This document shows positions 45,223-57,100 of a stretch of DNA of 64,000 nucleotides, in pieces. The stretch covers positions 3,686,799 through 3,750,798 of the forward strand of contig MU053588.1 of the NCBI GenBank assembly GCA_013239625.1. Direction: 5' to 3'. The stretch's first letter is position 1; each line of letters opens with the position of its first letter. The translations under genes were made by a program, and so were the position numbers. Under the pieces are notes generated by a model. It worked only from the letters and a program-made list of their open reading frames with translations, did no database searches and was not told where the DNA came from. The DNA comes from Lama guanicoe. Lineage: Eukaryota.

Positions 45223-46445
45223 ATGCAGGAGCGCGATGTGGAGTCTGCGGCTGGGGTCACGGATCCTAGTCCCACTGGCAAGGAGCCTGTAACCAAGGGA
45301 GAAGGTGAGCGCGGCCCCATCTGTGGGTAGGGGTCATTTTTCAGGAATTGGGACTAAGAGGGAATCTCAGGGTGAAAGTTTAAGGGCTCAGGGTGATAAC
45401 CATTTCGGATCCCAGAAACGCGATGTTCTGGGGAGTCCTCCAGGTAGTCTTTGGGGATCTCAGCGATCACTTCTAGGGCTCAAGAAATTACAGGAGGGAC
45501 AGGGGAGATGACATGAAGGATTTCCGGGTGATCACTTGGGAAGATACTGGAAACGGACATCTTAGCTTCGGGGAAGCCTTAGCTCTGGGGTCCAGCTAGG
45601 TAACCCTTTGGAGTCTCTTAGGATGATGCATGGCAGAGGGGTGAGGGGCAGGAATATGCCATTTGGGGAATCTCGCTGATTCTTGAGGTGCCCAGGTACA
45701 CTGGAATATCAAGGTCGAAGGGGACAGCGGTCTAGACTCAGGGCGTTGGCTGCTTCCTGGAGCCCACCAACCCTCCTGTCCCCTAGCTCCCGACCAGGGC
45801 CCGACGCAGAAGCCCAGCCAGTCGGTTCCAGGGCCCGACACATCCGTGGGGGCGCCTTCCCGACCCCGCCGGCGGCCCCCGCCCCAGCGCCCGCACCGCT
45901 GCCCCGACTGTGACAAGGCCTTCTCATACCCGTCCAAGCTGGCCACGCACCGGTTGGCACACGGCGGCGCCCGCCCCCACCCGTGCCCCGACTGCCCCAA
46001 GGCCTTCTCCTACCCCTCCAAGCTGGCAGCCCATCGCCTCACGCACAGCGGCGCCCGCCCCCACCCGTGCCCGCACTGTCCAAAGGCCTTTGGCCACCGC
46101 TCCAAGCTGGCAGCCCACCTCTGGACCCACGCGCCCGCCCGCCCCTACCCGTGCCCCGACTGCCCCAAGTCCTTCTGCTACCCCTCCAAGCTGGCAGCCC
46201 ACCGCCACACGCACCATGCCACGGACGCCCGCCCCTATCCATGCCCGCACTGCCCCAAGGCTTTTTCATTCCCTTCCAAGCTGGCCGCCCATCGCCTATG
46301 TCACGATCCCCCCACCGCACCGGGCAGCCAGGCCACTGCCCGGCATCGCTGCTCCAGCTGCGGCCAGGCATTTGGCCAGAGACGCCTCCTACTCCTTCAC
46401 CAACGAAGCCACCACCAGGCTGAGAGCCAGGGGGAGCGGGAGTGA
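45223..46445 (+). CDS. ZNF575: Zinc finger protein 575 (six C2H2 fingers, no KRAB), join(45223..45304,45787..46445), 246 aa
   Basis: MQERDVESAAGVTDPSPTGKEPVTKGE with G|GTGAG donor, TAG| acceptor at 45786, then CPDCDKAFSYPSKLATHRLAH and five further fingers; total 741 nt, in frame. Confidence 0.94.
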
Positions 46446-46490
46446 GCCCACCCCTTGGCTCACTGGCTCCCTCTGCCGCCAGTCCCGATC

Positions 46491-46496
46491 AATAAA
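46491..46496 (+). terminator. ZNF575: ZNF575 polyadenylation signal (AATAAA)
   Basis: AATAAA 45 nt after TGA. Confidence 0.7.
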
Positions 46497-47809
46497 GAGG
46501 TGGCATCTCTAAGCCTGTATGGACTTGCCTCTTGCAGATAGCCGGAAGGGAGGTTGGCTCTACACTGGCTCCAACTTAGAAGGCGGAGGAACTCGTTGTT
46601 TCGGGGTGGGGTTGGGAAGGGAAAGCGCCATCCAGAGAGTTAGTCCTGGGCCCCAAACCATGGACCTGGAGGTGTGGTTTGAAAGCCCTGGCTCTGGTTT
46701 TTCCCACTTAATCATTGGCAAGGGTAAAACACCTGTGGGCATCGTGTGCTGAAGGGTGTGGGGAAACAGGTTCTCTCCTTATTGTTGGGAGTTTAAATTA
46801 GTGCCTGCACTTTGGCCATTGACTGTATCTATAAGAAACAAAATACACATATGCTCATGTCACCTATCGCACTTCTAGGAATTTATCCTTTAGATAAACT
46901 CAAACACGTGAAAAAAGGTATGAGAGTAAGGATGTTCACTGCAGTGTGGAGGCTGTGGCCAAAGACGGAAAACAGCCTGAATGCCCATCAATAGGGGACC
47001 AGTTAAGGAATTCCAGTTCGGCCAGAGAATGGAAGATGCAGCTGTAGGGGAAAAAACTGCAGCTCTACATGTACTGACATGGAAGGATTCCCAAGATAAT
47101 ACTAAGCGATAAAAGCAAGAACAAAGAGGTATACTACCGATAGCATAAAAATCTTTTTAAAGCCCAAGCTTTGGCGCCAGCCCTGACCCACTACTTAAGA
47201 GCCTCAGGGTCTCAGACAAGCTCTGTCACTTCTCCAGACTTAGATGCCTTATCTATAAAACGAGAGTGTTATAGGGCCTCCACAAGCATCATCTCAGGCA
47301 GACAGTTCCCCTCTTGGAGCCTGTTTCTCCAGCTGTAAAACAAGGATGACTGAGCTGACGTTGGACTGTTCTTCATTCTACAGATGTGTATTAAGCAGGT
47401 ACTGTGCGCAGGGCCACACGCAGGGTGTTAGGAACACAGCAGTTAGGAACACCTGGTCTAGTGAGGGAAGTGGACACCAGTCAAGTCGTGGCAAAAACAA
47501 GGTAAAGGAGCAGAGTCCACTTTGAAAATCAAGTAGGGAGCCTTGTCTCCCCTCTCACCAAGAATGATTACAAAGCTGTGGTAATGAGGCTCGTGGTGTT
47601 GGCTTGGGAATAGGCTAATGGGAGGGCACTGAGCACTCAGATACAGACCTGTGCTTGGAGGCATTCTCATAAAACCTTATTTACAAAAATTGTAGATGGG
47701 CTGGATTTTGCCTGTGGACTGTGGTTTGCCAGCCCCTCCTGTAGACGAGTTGGGAAAGGATAGGCTGATCTGCGAATGAGCTGATAGGGAAGAAAATTAA
47801 ATGGGATCC

Positions 47810-48268
47810 TGTGGTAGGCAGAATGATGGTCCCCTCAAAGCTGCTCCTAATCCCCAGAACCAGTATGTCGGCACATACGTGGCAGAAGGGACTTTGCAGA
47901 TGTGCTGGAGGGTCTTATGTTGAGATGGGAGATGATCCTGATTATTCCAGTAGGCCCAATGGAATCACAAGTGTCCTTACATGGGAAAGAGTGGAAGAAT
48001 CAGAGTGGGAGACATGACAATGGAAGCAGAGACTAGAGTGATGCGGGGCCAAGAGTCAAGGACTGCAGGCGGCTTTTAGAGGCTAGAAGAGGCAATGGAT
48101 CCTCACTTAGGGCTTACAGAAGGAACATAGCCTGTCCAGCACCATGATTTTAGCCCACTCAGACTGACTTTGGACTACCAATCTCCAGAACTATAAGAAA
48201 ATAAATATGTGTTGTTTAAAGCCACTACGCTTGAGGTAATTTGTTACAGCAGCGTAGAAACTGACAAA
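47810..48268 (+). mobile_element. MaLR (MLT1D-like) solo LTR
   Basis: TGTGGTAGGCAGAAT...CTCCAGAACTATAAGA...GGTAATTTGTTACAGCAGC. Confidence 0.75.
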
Positions 48269-49189
48269 GATCTCTACCCCAAGAGCACACACAAAAATAA
48301 GTTTCCAGTGACCTAAGATCTGAGTTTGAAACACAAATCTCTAAAGCATTCAGATGGAAATAAAGGAGAATATCATAGTAACCTCATAAGTAGAGAAAGT
48401 TATCTTTTAAGACACAAAAAGTACAAATTGTAAAGACTGGTATATGTGACCACAAGCAAACCAAGTTACAAACTGTGAGATACACAGTATTACAAGGGTG
48501 TATACCTGGCATTTCCTGTTAGACAGAGGGTTAGGAAAGACCTTGAGGAACTACTGTTTGAGCTCATTATCAGAAATGGAGGACAGGATGAGATGGTTTG
48601 TGGAATCCCCAGCAGAAGGATGGAACCAATTAGGCTGAGGGACTGGGGGCTACTCAGCAAGGCCTTGGGGGAGGAGAAGGATCCCTCCTGCAAACCCGGC
48701 AGTATGGCTTGTGTCCTGGAAGATTTCCTCCAAAGCAACCACACTACCATCAGAGTTTCGAGGACACAAACTCATTTGAGAGGTGCCGATCTGGTCCAAC
48801 CTTACCTGGTCCAGATGCGAAAGCTGAGGGTTAAGAGAGATGGGATTTGGCCACAACCAAACCAGGGGGCAGCGTGGAGTCAGGGTGGACGCTGGGCCTC
48901 CTGACACCCCAAAGCCTTGCTGCTCCTTGCACGTGTTCTGCCTGAGGACCTTTGCACTTGCTTTTCCTCTGCCTGGAATGGCTCCCCCAGACCCTCCCTT
49001 ACTTCTCCCAAGTGCCTGCAGAGGGGTGAGTCCTGAGTCGCCTTCCCCGATGACCCTATCACTCTACTCTCTATATGACACTGCCCTGCTTTTTCTGCTC
49101 ATGTAGCATTTATCACTGCCCAACGCTGCAGGGCACCCACCATCTCCCTCCTCCAGCAAAACCTCAGCCCCTTAAAAGCAGGAATTCAT

Positions 49190-49355
49190 AGAGTGAAGGG
49201 TATAGTTCAGTGGTAGAGCACATGCTTAGCATGCACGAGGTCCTGGGTTCAGTCCCCAGTACCTCCATTAAATAAATAAACAAACAAACCTAATTACCTT
49301 CTCTCCCCCACAAAAAATAATTTAAAAATCTAAAATATTAAAAAATAAATAAAAT
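49190..49355 (+). mobile_element. tRNA-derived SINE, same family
   Basis: Near-consensus body and A-rich tail. Confidence 0.85.
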
Positions 49356-49414
49356 CAGGGACTCGTGTCTGTTTTTTCACACATCTGAGCTCCATGTGTT
49401 TCACACGTGGTGAG

Positions 49415-49874
49415 TGTGGTTGGCAGAATAATGGCCTCCCACAGATGCTCACGTCGTAATCCCTGGAACCTACGAATATGTTACATGGCAAAGGTGAATT
49501 AAGGCAGCAAAGGAATTAAGGTTGTTAATCAGCTGACTTTAAAACAGGGAGATTATCCCAGGTTATCCGGGCAGGTGCAGTGTAATCAGCAGGATCTTTA
49601 AGCGTGGAAAATGAGACAGAAATCAGTGTCAGTGATACAGCCTGAGACTCAACTGGCCGCTGCTGGCTTTGAAGATGGAAGATGAATGGAACGTAGGCAG
49701 CTGCTAGAAACTAGAAGATACCAGAACAAAGACTGTCTCCCGAAGCCTCTGGAAGGAGAGCAGCCCTGCCAACACAGATGTTTAGCCCAGTGTGACCCAT
49801 TTAGAACTTCTGACCTCCAGACCTAGAGTTACACATTTCTTTTGTTAAGATACTAAGTTTGTGGAAATTTGCTA
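49415..49874 (+). mobile_element. MaLR (MLT1D-like) solo LTR
   Basis: TGTGGTTGGCAGAATAATGGCC...ACTTCTGACCTCCAGA...CTAAGTTTGTGG. Confidence 0.75.
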
Positions 49875-50317
49875 CCTGGCTCTGACCCTGCCCTTTGTGC
49901 TATGACCTCTTCCTGACCTTCCCACTCCCAGGAGGAAGTCCAAGCTTCTCGGCCTGCTGTCCACAGCCCTTTGGGACAGCCCTGTCCTCTTGCTTTCTAC
50001 AGTGATGGCAATGTTCTCCATTTGTGCTGTCCAGCCCAGCAGCCAGTGAGCTGTGACCAGTGTGACTGGGGAAGTGAATTCTTCCTTTCATTTCATTGTT
50101 GTTAAGTTTAAATAGCCACCCGTGGCCACTGGCTACTGCACTAGATGACACAGCTACATGGACTGGGTCCACCTTTCCAGCTACATCTATCCCTAAAGCC
50201 TTGTCACCAAAGGGGCAATGCTCCTTCAACTGCCCCCAGGCACCAGGGTGGTTCCCACTTCCTGGCCTTCACCCACACTGTGGCCCCTGCCAGAATGCCT
50301 TCTCATCTTCTACACTG

Positions 50318-50403
50318 ATTTTTTTTTTTTAATGGAGGTACAGGGAACTGAACCTCGTGCGTGCTAAGCATACACTCTACCACTGAGCTATACCATGCCC
50401 CCC
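50318..50403 (-). mobile_element. tRNA-derived SINE, internally deleted
   Basis: T-tail plus AATGGAGGTAC...CTACCACTGAGCTATAC. Confidence 0.7.
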
Positions 50404-50992
50404 TACTCTGATTCTCTAACCCCCAGCTCAGTTCCCACCTTGAATATGGTGCAGCCTTGAAGGGGGTTCAGGATTTGGGTGGGTTGATTAAAGTGCCCAT
50501 TCCCGCACTTCTACCTACCAAAAGAGATGATGCAAAACTAGGCTGATAATGGTTACCCAGCTACTTCTGAGAGCCCTGGAGAAAGGGAGATGTCCCTGGC
50601 CCAGGGGAGCTGAGACTTCAAGAGAGAGGCTCACCCCCTGAGCATCCTGGACTGCAGCCCAGGACCCACAGAGGGACAACCAAGACACAGGAATGCACTC
50701 AGAGCATCAGAACCAGCAGAGGGGTGGTGCTGAACATCAGATTCCCAATTCCCTGCCGCCTGCCACCATAGGCATGAGGGGCCAGGGAGAAGTGACAAAG
50801 AGCTCCTCCCCTACCAGACCCGGATAGAGAGCCCTTTGTTCCTCCGGGACCCCAGCGCAGGAGTCACCAGGCAGTCGGAAGACCTGGCTCTCAGAGGGGA
50901 AGAAAAACCAAACAGAAGACTGAAAGCTGGGAGCCTATTGGGGGTGCTGGGAGACTCAAGCGAGAGGGACAGCTGCTCCAAACCAAGTCACC

Positions 50993-50998
50993 TTTATT
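50993..50998 (-). terminator. XRCC1: XRCC1 polyadenylation signal (AATAAA)
   Basis: TTTATT on +, 40 nt after the stop codon. Confidence 0.75.
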
Positions 50999-51037
50999 AA
51001 CCTCGTGTGTGTGTACACGTGCGCACAAGCACATGCT

Positions 51038-51151
51038 TCAGGCCTGGGGCACCACCCCGTAGAGTTGGTAGGGAAGTAACTTCTGCTTCTCGTTGCAGCT
51101 GTAAATCCATCGGGGGCGGACGAACACCAAGGAGGGATTGTCCATCAAGGC
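51038..51151 (-). CDS. XRCC1: XRCC1 exon 17 (coding part)
   Basis: ALMDNPSLVFVRPRWIYSCNEKQKLLPYQLYGVVPQA*; 114 nt. Confidence 0.94.
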   Translation of the reverse strand, partial: ALMDNPSLVFVRPRWIYSCNEKQKLLPYQLYGVVPQA

Positions 51152-54100
51152 CTGCGTTGTTGGGTGGGGCGCACACGGGAACTGGTGAGCCGGGAGGGGA
51201 TGGAGGGGATGTGAAGGCAGGTTGGGTCTCCCTCTGGGACTCACCTCCTCAAAGCTGGGGTCCCACTCCTGTGCCGTGATCACAAACTGGACCCGGTCGC
51301 TCATATAGTCCTCAAGCTCCCTGGCAGGAGGCAGAAAGAGGCAGAGAATTGGTATCCCCTGTCCCCCTCTTGAAACCCTACTCCCCAACCACCCTTAAAG
51401 GCCATCCTCTCTCTGTCCCCACCTATGTCTCCTATGGACCACCTGTGGGTCCCCTACTCTCCCACATGCCACTTTTGCCACAGCCACAAAACTGGCAGCT
51501 CCCACTGTCACCAGTCCTTCCACAAGGGTGGTGGGAAGCCGTACTTCGGAGAAGAGGAAAGCAGGGGAAGCGATGCATCCAGGGCCACTGGGCAGAGCGA
51601 GCAGGCTGGCATCAGGCTCCATGGCCTGTGCTCATCCTGCAGGACATGCCCCTTCGCCATCCTCCTAACACATCCCCTCCCCCGGAGACTGACCCATTGA
51701 AGGCTGTGACATATCGGCTCAGCGTCCGCCGCTCGTCCCCAGGGAACTCCCCGTACAGGAAGAAGTGTTTGCCCTGGAAGAAGTCTGCAAGGGCGACAGG
51801 GGAAGAGCCGAGCGTGAGGCCCCTGGAGCTCCAAGGTACCAGCCAGCAGCCAGCCAACAGACGGAGGCAAGACAGGAAGGCCGGAGAGGGGACGGGGGTG
51901 TCCTTGCACACCCTGGTGCAGGAAGAATCCATGATGAGCAGTGCTTCTGGCCAGGCCCATCTGAGCCTCTGGGGAGTTTTTCTTGTTTTTTGGGGGTTTT
52001 TTTGCCTTAATGGTAAAAGACACAATTACTACTATTGCAACACGTCTCTTACACGAGGTAAATCACTTCATCAGCTTGGCCCGGGTTGGAAATTTTACAG
52101 CCTGCTACTTCCTCACCATGGCTGTCGCACTCCTTTTCACCTGTGCCTTCTCTGGCTCTGACCTTCAGGCTGGCTCTTTCTTCATTCTGGTTTCACATGA
52201 CTCTCCATCAGATTCCCAATGCCACGTCTGAGGCTTTGGAGGATCAAAGTAACTTCCTGGCCATCACCCACAAGGAACGGGGTTCACCCACAAGGAACGG
52301 GGTGGCAACGGCTTCTCTCAGGGGCCACTGAACCTCACCTCTGCTCAGACCCTCTGACTGCCCACTCTCCCTGCATTCTTGACTGGCAGAGGCTCTGACT
52401 CCTGCCCCCCACCCCACACCCCCCATGTTTATATCTGGGGTGACAGATAACCATACCAGCACCATGTAGGTCCCAACAGAGATCAGTGCCCACATTGTCT
52501 GTGTGCCCAGGCCCCCCGCCACACTGACAAAACTGAATCTGGAGTTTGGGGCCTGGGCACCTGCAGATCTTAGAAGCCCCTAGGTAGTCCTGAAGCCTAG
52601 GGAGGGGGACGCTGTGGCGTGAGGGAGTGGAAAGCCAAAGGGGGGTCACACCTGGGGCTGGGCTGTGATGGAGGTGGTCACAGAAGTCAGGAGGGGACAA
52701 GGGAAGCAGGAGAGGATGCTGGAGGGAGGGGGATGGCTCCAGAGGACAAAGAGGGGGCAAAGGCTCGGGAGTGGGGGTGAGGGACTGGGAGACAAGTCAC
52801 GGAGGGCAGCAGCCATCCCAGGCCCGGCTGGGGCAAGTCATGGCAGAGAAGTGACAGGGTCAAATCCCACATCAGGAGGAAGGAGTTACTACCTGGTAGC
52901 TCGGGAATTGGCAGGTCAGGAGACTCCGGGGGACCTTCATTGTCTGTGTTCTCATCCGTGGATCCGGCGTACGGGTCCTCACCATTCTCCCCCTGGCCAG
53001 GGGGCTGCCTGTGTTCCTTCTGCTCAGCCACCCTGGGGGAGACAACAGGGGTGGGGGTAGAGTACGCCAACCAGATCTGCCTCTGCCCAAGGCTGGAGCC
53101 ACCCTGACCCCCAGCTCTAATCCCTACCTTCTCAGCTCATCCTCAGTGTCCCCAGAATCTTCGCCCCCATGGTCCTGTCCTTCTGTGGGTGGAAGTTTAG
53201 TCAACACAAGGCCACTGCCTTGTCCTTTGTGACCCTCCCTCCCAGCCTCATGCCTGAGCACAGATGCAGGCATCCTAACCGTCCAGCTCAGTTGCCTTCC
53301 AGATCCAGTTATCAGGGCCCCTCAGCCCCACTTCCCCAGATCCACTGTCTGGGATCCAGCCCCACCTCCCTGAGACCCAAGAGCTCAGGCTTTGAGCTCC
53401 TTCTCCTTTTAGATAAGGGAGTCTGAGTCTCCGGTCCCTCCTCCTCAGACCAGGAGTCCAGGCCCCCGGCCCCTCCTCCATTAGGCTCTGACCTGACTGC
53501 TCCCCCTCAGTGCCAGCATCTTCCTGGGGCCCTGGTGAGGCTGGTTTGGTCTCTCCTGGGGTTGGGGGTCTCTGGGGTGAGCTGGGTCCTGCTGCCTGAG
53601 GGGGCTTGGCTTTGGTCTGGGGGCGCTGAGGAGGGAGGCTGGGTCAGTGAGGGAAGGGGCATCGCGGGTGTGTGCCCGCAGGAGGCAGGAGTGGGGAGTC
53701 TGGGGTACCACAACACACCCAAGTCCTCCTCCCGCCCCGCCCTCCCCCACCCACACAGAGGGCACCGGACCTTCCGGGGAGGCTTGGGGGCTTCATCCCC
53801 GCTGCCACCGCTGTGAGAGCCCCCCTCATCCTCGCTGCTCGAGTCTGGCCCTGCCATGAGGTACCTGGGGGAGGAGGAATCGGGCCTCAGCCCAACAGCA
53901 GACATGTCCTCCAGAGGAGGTGGCAAGGTACTCGGAGCCACAGCCAGTGGCACTGACTAAGTACACGGGGTGGCCATCGTGGCCAGTCTCCCGGCTTGCC
54001 CCACCTTCCTCCCAGCTCTGGAAGGGCTCCATGGACCACCAGTCACCCAGCCACCCATACTGGAAACCAGAGCACTGCCTGGCTTCCCTTCCCTCTCAAG

Positions 54101-57100
54101 GAAGGAAAGCCTCATTTCAGAAAGGGAATAAAATAAATCAGAAATCATTTTCCCCTTTGAGAATCAAAGCCAGTTTCTCACTAGGTGAATGCCGACCAAT
54201 TAAGGGGAAATTCTCAAAAGCAAATCCATTGTTAAAGACTTTGACACCATATTTATGGTTCCTCAAGCCACTGACACTTCAGGAAAAGACTCTTCCTCGT
54301 TCTGATCACAATAACGTGCCGGGGACTAGGTGCCGGGGACTGTGCTGACACCTGGTAGATTTGGAGTCACTGAATCCTGAGGTCGGTGCTGTTTTCACAG
54401 ATGAGAACACTACAGCCTGGAGGGAGGAAATCACGTTGCCCCCAAATCCCACAGCAGAGCCCGGACGTGGCAGAAGCGAAAGAAAATGTGGGCTGTGCTT
54501 TCCTGGTTCTCCCGTTAACACCCTTCTGCATGTGATTTGTTTCAAAGCTGGTGACACACTGTTCGGGTCAGGCACCCTCACCGTAAAACCATGGCTCACG
54601 GGAAATTCAGAAGATTTAAAGTGTAGCAGTCGACTGAAGAATGGATGGTGGATTTACTAAGGTTTTTCTTTAAAGTGTTTTGAATTAAAAGATTTAAAAA
54701 CCCTCAATTTGTGATTACTGTGGAGAGAGCCACCCCTCAGAAGTCTTCCTTCTATTGCTGGATTTTAAAAATATAAAGTGCTTTATCAATTTTTTTTTTT
54801 TGTGGGGAGGAGAGTCAAAACCCTGTTGCAAATCCGATACTAAATCTACACGCTTTCCCAGGCAGTGATCCAAATCCAGTTACTTTGTCCCGAAATATAT
54901 CCCCAGTCCATCCCTCCTCCCACCCAAGGCCCCGCCTCCTGCAGGGACCCCACCTGCAGCCTCCTTTTGACCCTCCGCCCCTCACAACAGAGGTGGCCCT
55001 GCCCCTCTCACACCTTCCGTGGCTCTCCACTGCTCCCAGAGGAGACCCTGGGCATCAAATGGGCTTCAGACTTTTGCACTTTTCAGATTTTAGGGAAGCA
55101 AATGGCAGGTGTGCAGTTTGGTATATAACACCCCCCAGTGGGGTATATGAAGGAGTGCCCTGTAAAGCAAACCCATTCATATTTCTGTAATAAACACGAC
55201 GGCACGCTTAGTGGGATAAATGAAGTCCATAAAGAGCTTCACACAACTCAGGAGAATCACGCAGCAAGTGAGTTTGTGCTAAATGTAGACAATCTGTTGG
55301 CTTTTGGCTTCTAAGCTTGTTTGGATTCCAGAACTACAGATGAGGGGTCTGTGGAGCTGGGTGGACCCCAGGTGCTAGAAGCACTTTCTGAGCTGATCCA
55401 CCACCTTCTCGCGTCCACCTCCACCTGCAGCCTCCATGACAGACTGTCTCAAACAGGCCGGGCGCAGCCCCAACACTGAACACATGCAGGCCTTGTCTTC
55501 TTTCCAAGGGGGTGACTCAAGTCTCCCCTCCAGTCCCCGGGCCGCAGATCTGAGCCGGCCCTTCCCCAGCTCAAAAGCACTTTATGGCTCCTGCTGCCCC
55601 GGCCTGGTTTTCCTGCCACGTCCTGCCTCCCACTGCAAGCCAAGCACCCCCTGAAGCTCCTCCAGGCAGACACAACCTTGGCTCCTCCTCCCAGCATGCT
55701 CTCCGCCTCTGCTCAGCCTGGCAAATCTCTCCTCCTCCTTGAAGACCCCTAGATCACTGTGGTCCTCCCCTTGGGCCTTCCTCCCTTTTTTTCTTTTCTT
55801 TTTTTTTATATAGTGAAAGGTTTTTTAAATTTTTAATTAAAAAAATTTTTTTAATGGAGGTACTGGCGATTGAACCCAGGACCTCGTGCATGCTAGGTAT
55901 GCCCTACACCCACCCTTGCTCCAAACTTTTGTAACAAGTCTGGCCCCTCATCAAAGTCAGATGCCTTTGAGGGCAGCACCTCACGTTTGATGCCCAGCCT
56001 GGTACTGAGCAGGGCCTTCGGGGTCTTGCTCTGAATGGATGTAAATGGACCCCAACTCTCTATTCTCTACCCTCAGCCTCCGCAAACGCTGCTTGTCCAG
56101 CGTGCAATGCCCTTTTCCTTCTCTGTTCCCAGAGCCCTCCATGGACTCCCAGGCAAGCCTCTCCTCCCTCCTCCTGGTCTCCCAGCCTCTGCCCCTGCTC
56201 CTTGGAAGTCTGCTGACTCTGGGCTCCCTATCTTCTCCAAAGGCAGGCCCCAGCCTGATTTCTCTCCAGATCCCTGGCACTGCCTGGCCCAGGGACGAGG
56301 GGCAGGGTCAGTATGTGTGTGTGCGTGTGCGTGTGTAGAGCACACATGTGCAGTGAGGCCTCACCTCCGTGAGGGCAGCCGCCGCCGCATGCGGTGACAG
56401 TCCAGCACCCACTCTTTCCGCACTATTCGGCCTCCAAGGCCAAGGACCTGGCTGTACTTGGGGGTGTTGGCAAAGGCACAGCTGCGGGGTCGGGGGCAGA
56501 ATGGAGGGTGTTAGTCAGGTGTGATCTGAGAGGCAAAGGGCAAAGAGAGACAAGGGAGGCAGGGAGGGAGAGAAAGAGGGAGGGAGGGAGGGAGAGACGA
56601 AGGCACAGATGGGGGAGGAGCAGAGAAGACAGGGAGATTGAGGGGAAGACGTAAGAATCAGAAGAGAAAGAGAGGCAGAGGATATGGCAGGGCGAGGTGA
56701 CAAGGAGAGAAAGCAGGATGGAGGAGGCGGAGACGGAGGAGAGGCAGCGGGGAGCATGGGGCTGGGGGCACAGGCCTACATGAGGTGGGTGCTGTCTGGA
56801 GTCCAGTCTGGCCGATACTTGGCCCCCAGCTCCAGGGCCTTGTCCCGGAGCTCTGAGCGGAAGGGGTTCTGGAAGCCACTCAGCACCACCACCACACCCT
56901 GAAGGATCTTCCCCAGCTCCTGTGGGCCAGCTCGGGGTGCCCGGGGCTCGGCGCCTTCTCCTCGGGGCTTCCCTGGCGCTGCCCCCCGTGCTGGGGCAGG
57001 GACGGGGGCAGCGGCTGGGGTACGGGTGGGAGCTGGCACTGGGGAAGCCGAAGAGTAGACTCCGTTAGTACTCCTGGGACGCCAGCTCAGCCCTCCTCCC

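Noticed and set aside
45910..46512. 200-aa and 146-aa alternative-frame ORFs over ZNF575
   Set aside because: Expected shadows of a very GC-rich repetitive zinc-finger exon; non-ATG starts.
51349..52161. 270-aa plus-strand ORF antisense to XRCC1
   Set aside because: Non-ATG start, no recognisable domain, and stop-poor GC-rich context.
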